A program made the position numbers and the translations under genes. DNA of 43,603 nt. It comes from Patescibacteria group bacterium (GTDB taxonomy: Bacteria > Patescibacteriota > Minisyncoccia > Phycocordibacterales > Phycocordibacteraceae). The notes under the pieces are model-generated. The model made no database searches, was not told the DNA's origin, and saw only the letters and a list, made by a program, of their open reading frames with translations. The stretch covers positions 1 to 43,603 of the forward strand of contig SCVI01000069.1 of NCBI GenBank assembly GCA_004296925.1, in the 5' to 3' direction. Positions within the stretch are counted from its first letter, which is position 1. Each line of letters starts with the position of its first letter. Below, in pieces: positions 28,772-35,768 of the stretch.

Positions 28772-29347
28772 TTAGTTTTTATGGAAAGTTCGCCACTCGT
28801 AGTCTTTTAATGTGACGAGTTCAAGTTCTGGACTAGTGCCAATGAGCATCTCTACACTGGTCTTAGAGGGCGGTAGTGTCTCGCTTTCAAAGTGGCAGAT
28901 GAGACGTATCGGCACTATGCCGAGACCTCGTCTCATTTCCTTTAAGGAATGTGACGCGCCATATCGAGCAAGTGTGTAGGCGCCCGCAGAAGAGCCTGCA
29001 ATTGTTTTACCCTCAATTTCATTTTTAAAATCAGGATAATTTTCGAGAGTTTTAAGAAGTTTGTCAGTGTTTCCTCCATTAAGAAAAATAGCGTCTGCGA
29101 TATTCACTTGATGAATAAAATCTTTTTCATTTGCAAGCAATACCGTCACAGTGTTTGGAGTAATGTTTTCTAGAATCATTTTCCTGTGTTCCTCGAATCT
29201 GGTGTCAATGTTGTCATCTGTTGATGCAAAATACACCAAGAGAATTGTTCCATTATTTGGAACATCTTTTGCAAGTTCTGTAAAAAATGTTCGATTCAAT
29301 TCATTCGGTTCTCGGGTGTATCCGCCGTGGAGAATAAACTTTGTCAT
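28772..29347 (-). CDS. Peptidase S51 (dipeptidase E-like)
   Basis: FLNGGNTDKLLKTL and IAGSSAGA (nucleophile serine box). Confidence 0.6.
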   Translation of the reverse strand: MTKFILHGGYTREPNELNRTFFTELAKDVPNNGTILLVYFASTDDNIDTRFEEHRKMILENITPNTVTVLLANEKDFIHQVNIADAIFLNGGNTDKLLKTLENYPDFKNEIEGKTIAGSSAGAYTLARYGASHSLKEMRRGLGIVPIRLICHFESETLPPSKTSVEMLIGTSPELELVTLKDYEWRTFHKN

Positions 29348-29367
29348 AGTGTCTTAAAACGTTTTGT

Positions 29368-29525
29368 ATGCTTTACATACAATATCGTAGACTCATTGTA
29401 TGTAAAGCATGCGCGTTGCACTCGTTCGGAAATAATAATGCGAGCATTATTATTTCACTCACTCATGTGGGACCTCGTAGGTCCCACATAAAGTGTTTAC
29501 ACTGAGTGAGTGCAACGAGTCGAAG
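29368..29525. other. Highly structured intergenic segment (nested inverted repeats)
   Basis: A 16-bp perfect inverted repeat: ATGCTTTACATACAAT (29368-29383) with ATTGTATGTAAAGCAT (29395-29410). Further hairpins are GAAATAATAATGC-GA-GCATTATTATTTC and TGTGGGACC-TCGT-AGGTCCCACA. ACTCACTCA pairs with TGAGTGAGT. Confidence 0.5.
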
Positions 29526-29699
29526 TGTGGGCGGAAGAGGACTTGGTCACACATAAAATTTCTGACGAAATTTTTGCCCGACCCTGGCTCGGCAATTTTG
29601 CCTTATGCTTCGCATAAACAAAATTACACCTCCGCTTTTCAAGTCCTCACGCACGCAAAACAATTTGCGTGCTTTCCGCCTACACTCGTAAACTCATTG
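29526..29699 (-). repeat. tRNA-Leu(TAG) 3'-flank module
   Basis: The 20-nt repeat TGTGGGCGGAAGAGGACTTG occurs at 29526-29545 and 29698-29717. The plus-strand TTCAAGTCCTC at 29638-29648 is antisense to the T-loop and 3' T-stem on the tRNA strand. GTCAC abuts the distal copy. The hairpin is GCACGCAAA-ACAA-TTTGCGTGC. Confidence 0.65.
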
Positions 29700-29781
29700 T
29701 GGGCGGAAGAGGACTTGAACCTCCACCCCTTGCGGGACCAGCTCCTAAGGCTGGCGCGTCTGCCAATTTCGCCATCCGCCC
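29700..29781 (-). tRNA. tRNA-Leu (anticodon UAG), long variable arm
   Basis: The reverse complement reads GGGCGGA..CCAGC-CTTAGGA-GCTGG..TCCCGCAAGGGGT..GGAGG-TTCAAGT-CCTCT-TCCGCCC-A. Confidence 0.9.
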
Positions 29782-29918
29782 AATAGGGGAGATTGTACAC
29801 TATTCTATTGAAAAAGAATCATATCTGCATTACAGTGATGGAATTCCGCCAGTAAGCATAGCTTTCGGGCGGTCACTTCTGAGATAATGTTTATAAAGAA
29901 TCATTGATCTTCTCAGTT

Positions 29919-29991
29919 CCGCCCGTAGCTCAGTTGGTAGAGCAGCTCCCTCTTAAGGAGACGGTCGTAGGTTCGAGCCCTACCGGGCGGA
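29919..29991 (+). tRNA. tRNA-Lys (anticodon CUU) with a C1-G72 acceptor pair
   Basis: CCGCCCG-TA-GCTC-AGTTGGTA-GAGC-A-GCTCC-CTCTTAA-GGAGA-CGGTC-GTAGG-TTCGAGC-CCTAC-CGGGCGG-A. Confidence 0.85.
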
Positions 29992-30001
29992 CAACTAATC
30001 T

Positions 30002-30559
30002 TTAAAACGTGTATAGGTACAAAGTGTGTTTATTGTATCCTTTGCCGATTTCGACAGTGCGTTCAAATTCTTTTGATTTGAAAGGGAAGTCACACGAGAC
30101 GACTATAGTTCCAGGACGCAAGTCTTTATTGAGTTTTGGGAGTAACGACTCCACAACCTCTGGAAATAGATACATATACACATGTGTCGCATCTGCAAGT
30201 GATACTTTAGAAAAATCTTTGAAAAGTACTTTTGTGTTTGAAAGAGGTTTTTTCCAAAATCGAAATAGAGATAAAAAGTATGGGAGTGGTGCTTTTTCAA
30301 CACCGATTGCGCGTGCAGTGGGGCAGTCTTCAGCTAACGCAGCAATCACGCGTCCATCACCCGAACCAAGATCATACAGAACATCACCGGATTTTAGAGG
30401 AATCGTAGTTCTGGTGGCGTCTACAATTTTTTGTGATACTGGCACATAGGGGACTTTAACTGCAAGGATTCCATATGTCATGAATAAAATAAAAAGAACA
30501 CTAAAAAGCCACGCGATTGTTAACATGAGATAAAGAATGACAAAAAGAGTGAATTCCAT
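30002..30559 (-). CDS. Membrane-anchored class I SAM-dependent methyltransferase
   Basis: N-terminal TM helices, then VLYDLGSGDGRVIAALA (motif I). Confidence 0.55.
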   Translation of the reverse strand: MEFTLFVILYLMLTIAWLFSVLFILFMTYGILAVKVPYVPVSQKIVDATRTTIPLKSGDVLYDLGSGDGRVIAALAEDCPTARAIGVEKAPLPYFLSLFRFWKKPLSNTKVLFKDFSKVSLADATHVYMYLFPEVVESLLPKLNKDLRPGTIVVSCDFPFKSKEFERTVEIGKGYNKHTLYLYTF

Positions 30560-30583
30560 TTCGAACAGTATAACCCTTTTCTT

Positions 30584-30762
30584 TTTGTGCCCGGGGTGGG
30601 CGACCAGGAGGTCGTACCGAGAGGGGCTCGGCTACCAGTTTCGGCTCTCCTACGTTCGCCTCTCTGTCAGCCCCAGCTCGCGGTTTTCAGAGACTGAAAA
30701 CACCGCTCCGCTTTTCGAGTCCAACACGCATACGAAGCAGTTCGTATGCTCCAATCACTTTG
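30584..30762 (-). repeat. tRNA-Leu(TAA) 3'-flank module
   Basis: The 17-nt repeat TTTGTGCCCGGGGTGGG occurs at 30584-30600 and 30759-30775. The plus-strand TTCGAGTCCaAC at 30713-30724 matches the T-loop and 3' stem sequence at 11 of 12 positions, in antisense orientation. The hairpin is GCATACGAA-GCAG-TTCGTATGC. Confidence 0.6.
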
Positions 30763-30844
30763 TGCCCGGGGTGGGACTCGAACCCACACTTCTTACGAAA
30801 CTCGATCTTAAGTCGAGCGCGGCTACCAATTACGCCACCCGGGC
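30763..30844 (-). tRNA. tRNA-Leu (anticodon UAA), long variable arm
   Basis: The reverse complement reads GCCCGGG..CTCGA-CTTAAGA-TCGAG..GTGGG-TTCGAGT-CCCAC-CCCGGGC-A. Confidence 0.9.
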
Positions 30845-30889
30845 AGGCACCACTATTTCTACCATGAAAAATTCTTAGACTACAGTTTT

Positions 30890-31030
30890 GAGGCCATGGC
30901 GGGAATTGGTCACCCGTCATTTTGTGCCGTCACACAAAATGCGCTCGACCCCGACTCGGCATTTCGTGAGACACAAAATATGCCTCCGTCTTTCAATTCC
31001 CGACGTAAAGCGTGCAGATGCTTTACTCAA
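30890..31030 (-). repeat. tRNA-Cys 3'-flank module
   Basis: The 19-nt repeat GAGGCCATGGCGGGAATTG occurs at 30890-30908 and 31033-31051. The plus-strand TTCAATTCCCG lies at 30992-31002. GTCAC abuts the distal copy. The scaffold motif GCTCGACCCCGACTCGGCA (30943-30961) matches the Leu(TAG) module at 29576-29594 at 16 of 19 positions. Confidence 0.65.
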
Positions 31031-31105
31031 TGGAGGCCATGGCGGGAATTGAACCCGCGCATCGCGGTTTTGCAGACCGCTGCGTTACCACTTCGCCACA
31101 TGGCC
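31031..31105 (-). tRNA. tRNA-Cys (anticodon GCA), CCA encoded
   Basis: The reverse complement reads GGCCATG..GCGGT-CTGCAAA-ACCGC..CGCGGG-TTCAATT-CCCGC-CATGGCC-T-CCA. Confidence 0.9.
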
Positions 31106-31119
31106 GTATCGCTACAATA

Positions 31120-31434
31120 CTACGCACTTGGCGTATCGTCGACTCCCATATCAGGGTCGGGGAGAAATACCGCGCGCGGAAGCACGTGTAGTCGTGTTTT
31201 GGATTTTAAAAATGACCTAAACTCGTCCGATTGTCTTGAAAGAAAATCGGTGACTGCGTGTGTTTGGTCTTTCGGATACACACTCACGTAAATACGAGCT
31301 TTTTTCCCCGCATCTTCTAATTCTACTCGTGTGACGGTGATGAGAGAGCGCCGATTAGATTCACGGTTTATAAATATTGCAGCGGCGTCTTTAAGCTCCG
31401 AAGCTAAACGATTGTCTCTATGATCAGTATTCAT
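31120..31434 (-). CDS. rbfA: Ribosome-binding factor A
   Basis: 104 aa. Contains RLASELKDAAAIFI...ITVTRVELEDAGKKARIYVSVYP. Its start overlaps the infB stop. Confidence 0.8.
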   Translation of the reverse strand: MNTDHRDNRLASELKDAAAIFINRESNRRSLITVTRVELEDAGKKARIYVSVYPKDQTHAVTDFLSRQSDEFRSFLKSKTRLHVLPRAVFLPDPDMGVDDTPSA

Positions 31435-32933
31435 TATTTTTTGGTAGCGAGAAGTTTATCACCAGCAACAACATCTGCCTTCGTATCAATTTGAGCACCA
31501 AACTCTAATCCTTCAGCGACATTTGCTACCTCCTTTTTTGCTTGTTGAAGGTTTATTACTTTCCCTGTTCCAACCTCAATACCTCGTCGCATAATGATTA
31601 CTTTGTCATGCATTGAGAGCTTACCTGAAAGAACTCTTCCTCCCACAACATGTTTTGAGCCGGCAGTAGAGAAATGTTTAATAATTTCCACTTCGCCGGT
31701 AGCCGTGTCTGCAACGGTTATAGGTTTATGTTTTGTAGCTTCTTCTAAAAGCCAATCCGCAAGTTCGTAAATAATTGGCTTTGTTTCAATTTGAATTCTA
31801 TTTCTCTCTGCCAAGTCTTTCGCACCGTTTTCAATCTTTACATTGAACCCTACAATAAACGCAGGCTCAAAACCGATAATGTTTTTCACATCGGTCTCGG
31901 AAATAGGGCCAACATTTTTTGACACTGCACGAAGTTCAACACCTTCTACCGAAATTTTTGCAAGTTCATGTTCAAGTGCCTCAAGAGATCCTGCGGTATC
32001 TGCTTTTAAAGCCATTCTGACAATAACTGCTTCCTTAGCTACGTCACCAGAATCGTTTGGTGTATTCAATTCACGCACAAACTCTGATGCGCGTGCCTCA
32101 GCTTCTTTTTTTGAATCTACTACGGTGAGTGTGCTTCCAATTTTGGGCTCTTCACTAAAACCAACTATGCGTGCTGGCTTACCGCAGCATATTTCTTTTA
32201 CTTTCGTTCCAGAAAAATCTTCAATAATTCGAAGTGGCGCAATCGCGTTTCCTGCGACCGCGAACCCTCCGATTTTTAATGTACCCTCACGAATGATAAC
32301 GATAGCGTTGATGCCAATTTTTGCGTCACGGGAAGATTCAAGGACCACGGCAGCAGCTTCTCCGTTTGCGTCACATGAAATAGAATTCAGATCCGCAACG
32401 AGGGTGATAAGGTCGAGTAGTTCAGGAATACCTTCCCCGGTCTTACTAGAAATACCAATGTAGGGGACTTCACCTCCCAAACCTTCAAGGTAGATGCCGT
32501 GTTTCGAGACACTTTCTTTTGCTTTTTCAATATTCGAGGTGTCCTTATCTATTTTGGTAAACGCAACAATAAAGGGAATTTTTGCTTCTTCAATTGCTTT
32601 ATGAGCTTCAATTGTTTGTGGTTTTACACCATCATCTGAAGCGACTATCAAAATAGCGATATCAGCTGAACGGCCAGCTCGGCGTCTCATTTTTTGGAAT
32701 GCTTCGTGTCCGGGGGTATCAATGAATGTAATGCGTTGCTCACCCTCAGCGCCTTTATGTAACACTTCATACGCTGAAACACGCTGAGTAATACCACCTT
32801 CCTCCTTTTCAGCTACAGTAGCCTTTCGTATATAGTCGAGCAAGGTAGTCTTGCCGTGGTCAATATGCCCCACGATTGCGACGACTGGTTGTTTACAAAG
32901 CTTTTGAGCGGTCATATCAGCAAAGGAAAGCAC
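31434..32933 (-). CDS. infB: Translation initiation factor IF-2 (short form, G domain onward)
   Basis: 499 aa. Contains PVVAIVGHIDHGKTTLLD, DTPGHEAF and TKID. Confidence 0.92.
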   Translation of the reverse strand: MLSFADMTAQKLCKQPVVAIVGHIDHGKTTLLDYIRKATVAEKEEGGITQRVSAYEVLHKGAEGEQRITFIDTPGHEAFQKMRRRAGRSADIAILIVASDDGVKPQTIEAHKAIEEAKIPFIVAFTKIDKDTSNIEKAKESVSKHGIYLEGLGGEVPYIGISSKTGEGIPELLDLITLVADLNSISCDANGEAAAVVLESSRDAKIGINAIVIIREGTLKIGGFAVAGNAIAPLRIIEDFSGTKVKEICCGKPARIVGFSEEPKIGSTLTVVDSKKEAEARASEFVRELNTPNDSGDVAKEAVIVRMALKADTAGSLEALEHELAKISVEGVELRAVSKNVGPISETDVKNIIGFEPAFIVGFNVKIENGAKDLAERNRIQIETKPIIYELADWLLEEATKHKPITVADTATGEVEIIKHFSTAGSKHVVGGRVLSGKLSMHDKVIIMRRGIEVGTGKVINLQQAKKEVANVAEGLEFGAQIDTKADVVAGDKLLATKK

Positions 32934-32988
32934 ATACGACAGCTAGAAGCAAGGGAAGGACACAGATGTTGTACTCCGAAACTGCTCT

Positions 32989-33483
32989 TTAGAGCTTCTG
33001 TTTTGCTTCGTTCACCGTTTCTTTTTCCTCGTCAGAAAGTTCGCGAACCGATACAAATTTCTTGATAGCTTTTCCGTATACACGAACTCCGTCACGGGCA
33101 TGCAAACTTGAGACCACAACGCCGTTACCGTCCTCATCAATAAATGCTGTTGAAAAGCTCTGCTGGCCACTCGTTCCACCAAATGGATCAAATTGTTTCA
33201 TAGCAACACCACGTATGCTTTTCTTTACTCGTGTGTGTATAAGGTTTAATTCGTTCGTAGTTTTAGTGGCGTATGCCTCAAGGTTTGCTACACGTTCTTG
33301 GAGTTTTCGAATTGTTCCTTCGAGTGTTTTCCCATCTCCTCCTCTAACGAGTCGGCGCAATCTTCTGAAGAGTACAAAGTCTTGAATCAAAGACCATAAA
33401 ACAAGCACCAGAAGTCCTGTAATTACAGGATTATGTTGTACAGACTCTACTATGTATTCAAGAACTACGTGTACGCTTTCCAT
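32989..33483 (-). CDS. DUF4446-like membrane-anchored protein
   Basis: N-terminal TM helix, a coiled segment, then FDPFGGTSGQQSFSTAFIDEDGNGVVVSSLHARDGVRVYGK. Confidence 0.6.
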   Translation of the reverse strand: MESVHVVLEYIVESVQHNPVITGLLVLVLWSLIQDFVLFRRLRRLVRGGDGKTLEGTIRKLQERVANLEAYATKTTNELNLIHTRVKKSIRGVAMKQFDPFGGTSGQQSFSTAFIDEDGNGVVVSSLHARDGVRVYGKAIKKFVSVRELSDEEKETVNEAKQKL

Positions 33484-33510
33484 ACTCTTTAATAGTGTGG
33501 AGTATACCGC

Positions 33511-34785
33511 ATGTTCTACTCTCTAATAGGTTGTATGATAGGACAAATGGGTACATCGAGCCGCATATATCTCGACAACGCTTCTGCTACACCTATAGAT
33601 CCGCGTGTTGCAAAAGCTATATATCATGCACTTGAAGAATTGCCAGGGAATCCAAGCGCACCTTCTCATGAAGGACGTAAAGCGTATGAAGCGCTGACAC
33701 TCGCGCGCGAAAAAATTGCGCGCTCATTCTCTGTAAAAACAGATGAATTGTTATTTGTTTCGGGAGGCACAGAGGCAAACAATATCGCCATCCAAGGATT
33801 GATAGAAGCATTGCATCAAAGAAGTGCAGCATACACAGACCTCCATATTGTTACGACAAGCATTGAACATAGTTCGGTTTTGAAAACTCTCGCAATACTT
33901 GAAGCAAAGGGTGTTTCCGTGACGTATGTTCCACCTGATTTTGACGGCTTAGTGCGCGCTGAAGCAATTGTCTCTGCACTTCGAAAAGAGACTGCGCTTG
34001 TTACTATTGCGCACGTTAATAGTGAAGTAGGAACAATTCAGCCACTTTCAGATATATATATTGAGCTGAAACGATGGAAGTCTCGTAAGTTAACAACACT
34101 GACATCGTTTGCTCCAGAAACTTCATTCCCTGTTTTCCACGTGGACGCTGCACAATCACCTTTGTATCTTGATGCTGGTCCACACGTATTTGGTGCCGAT
34201 ATGGTTTCGTATGATGCGCAAAAAGTGCAAGGACCAAAAGGTATCGGTGTATTGTATCGAAATTTCTCTGTTCCCTTGGCTCCTTTGTGGGGCGGTGGTA
34301 CGCAAGAGCGCGGTATTCGTCCTGGTACTGAAAATGTTGCAGGGATTGTTGGTGCAAGTATCGCTTTCGAGTTAGCAAAAGAGGGAAGAGAAGCACGAGA
34401 AAAACGTGTACGTGAACTCAGAGACTACATGATTTCATTAGTTCGAGAAAAAATTCCTGAAGCAGAACTACTGGGACATCCAAAACGACGCATCGCGAAC
34501 AACGCGCTTTTTACCGTGGAGGGTGCCGATGGAGATTATTTATCGGTACTTATGGATGAGCGCGGTGTTGCAGTTGCTCCTCGTTCTGCGTGCGTTGGCA
34601 CAGGTACGTCTGTTTCGCATGTAGCGCTCGAACTCACACACGAGGAATCAAAAGCGAGGGGAACGATACGTTTTTCACTTGGCGTTTTTACCAATCAATT
34701 TGAAGTAGAACGAGCAGTCCGTATTTTTAAGGAGGTGGTTGCTGTAGCTAAAAGTGGCTTATCTTTAAAAAAGCAGAGCACCTGA
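33511..34785 (+). CDS. Cysteine desulfurase (class V aminotransferase, NifS/IscS-like)
   Basis: Contains IYLDNASATPIDPRV, SGGTEANN and the PLP-lysine region YDAQKVQGPKGIG. The true start is probably an internal Met near 33550. Confidence 0.8.
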   Translation: MFYSLIGCMIGQMGTSSRIYLDNASATPIDPRVAKAIYHALEELPGNPSAPSHEGRKAYEALTLAREKIARSFSVKTDELLFVSGGTEANNIAIQGLIEALHQRSAAYTDLHIVTTSIEHSSVLKTLAILEAKGVSVTYVPPDFDGLVRAEAIVSALRKETALVTIAHVNSEVGTIQPLSDIYIELKRWKSRKLTTLTSFAPETSFPVFHVDAAQSPLYLDAGPHVFGADMVSYDAQKVQGPKGIGVLYRNFSVPLAPLWGGGTQERGIRPGTENVAGIVGASIAFELAKEGREAREKRVRELRDYMISLVREKIPEAELLGHPKRRIANNALFTVEGADGDYLSVLMDERGVAVAPRSACVGTGTSVSHVALELTHEESKARGTIRFSLGVFTNQFEVERAVRIFKEVVAVAKSGLSLKKQST

Positions 34786-34844
34786 CCTTTTAATTTTTTA
34801 TTCCACGATACCTCTCGCGTACCATGATCTTTTAAAGACTTTCG

Positions 34845-35696
34845 GTGTACAATAAAAACAATATGGACATTGAAGAACTTAATAAATTTCAGCTAGTGCT
34901 TTTAACACTCTTAGTATCTTTTGTTACATCAATTGCTACAGGTATTGTAACGGTTACTCTCTTAGCCGAAGCTCCAGCCGCAGTCACGCAAACCATCAAC
35001 CAAGTAGTAGAGCGCACTATTGAAACAATTGTTCCTAAAGATATATTGAAACCAGGTTCTGTAAAAGAAACCACGATTGTGGTGAAAGAAGATGATCTGA
35101 TCACTTCATCAATCCAAGCGTCGCTTGGTAAAACAGGACGTGTCTATGGAGGTACCGCAACCACTTCGCCTGTAGTTGGCCTCGCTGCCCAGATTGGCGC
35201 AACGTTATTAATTACAGATTCAAGTATTGTGGATAAAGATCATTTGGTGTCTATTGGGGGAGCAACGCAAGTGTTCAGCGTAACGCAAAGATTTCCTGAT
35301 TTGGGAATCGCCATACTTTCATTGAAAGGAGACGTAAAATTATCTGATGGATTCAAAATTGCGGACGTTGGTGCCCAAAAACTTGGCGGCACAATTATTG
35401 CGCTTGTAAGTGTGACGCAAGAGCGCGTAGCAATAGGCGCCGTTGCATCAAGAGGAGTCTTTGCAGAAGTTGCGCCTTCAAAGGATGTAGCTCCTATTCC
35501 TATTCGAGCTATTGATACAAACATTTCAGCTGGGCTAGTTCCTGGGACGCCGCTTGTAAATATTTTCGGTGATCTAATTGGAGTAACAACTTCTGTAACA
35601 TTAAATACTCGCGGTAGCGGTTCGTTTATTGCGACAAGCGATGTGTTGGCTTTGATGAAGGCGACATCGCAGGCTACGTCGACACCAAGAAACTAG
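34845..35696 (+). CDS. Membrane-anchored trypsin-fold (HtrA-like) protein, catalytic Ser apparently replaced
   Basis: One TM helix. DKDHLV and DLGIAILSL resemble the His and Asp boxes. AGLVPGTPLVNIFGDLIGV aligns to GNSGGPLVNxxGxVIGI with Pro at the serine position. Confidence 0.45.
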   Translation: MYNKNNMDIEELNKFQLVLLTLLVSFVTSIATGIVTVTLLAEAPAAVTQTINQVVERTIETIVPKDILKPGSVKETTIVVKEDDLITSSIQASLGKTGRVYGGTATTSPVVGLAAQIGATLLITDSSIVDKDHLVSIGGATQVFSVTQRFPDLGIAILSLKGDVKLSDGFKIADVGAQKLGGTIIALVSVTQERVAIGAVASRGVFAEVAPSKDVAPIPIRAIDTNISAGLVPGTPLVNIFGDLIGVTTSVTLNTRGSGSFIATSDVLALMKATSQATSTPRN

Positions 35697-35768
35697 CTTT
35701 GTAAGACACGAATAGGTTATTTACTCTGATTGGTGACCAATTTATCTTGTATTTGGTATACTGTGTGT

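Noticed and set aside
29493-31291. ORFs 29493-29786, 29669-29887, 30537-30878, 30687-30920 and 30896-31291
   Set aside because: All overlap tRNA-Leu, tRNA-Lys, tRNA-Leu or tRNA-Cys genes, or the tRNA-derived repeats. Their open frames are a by-product of GC-rich structured DNA.
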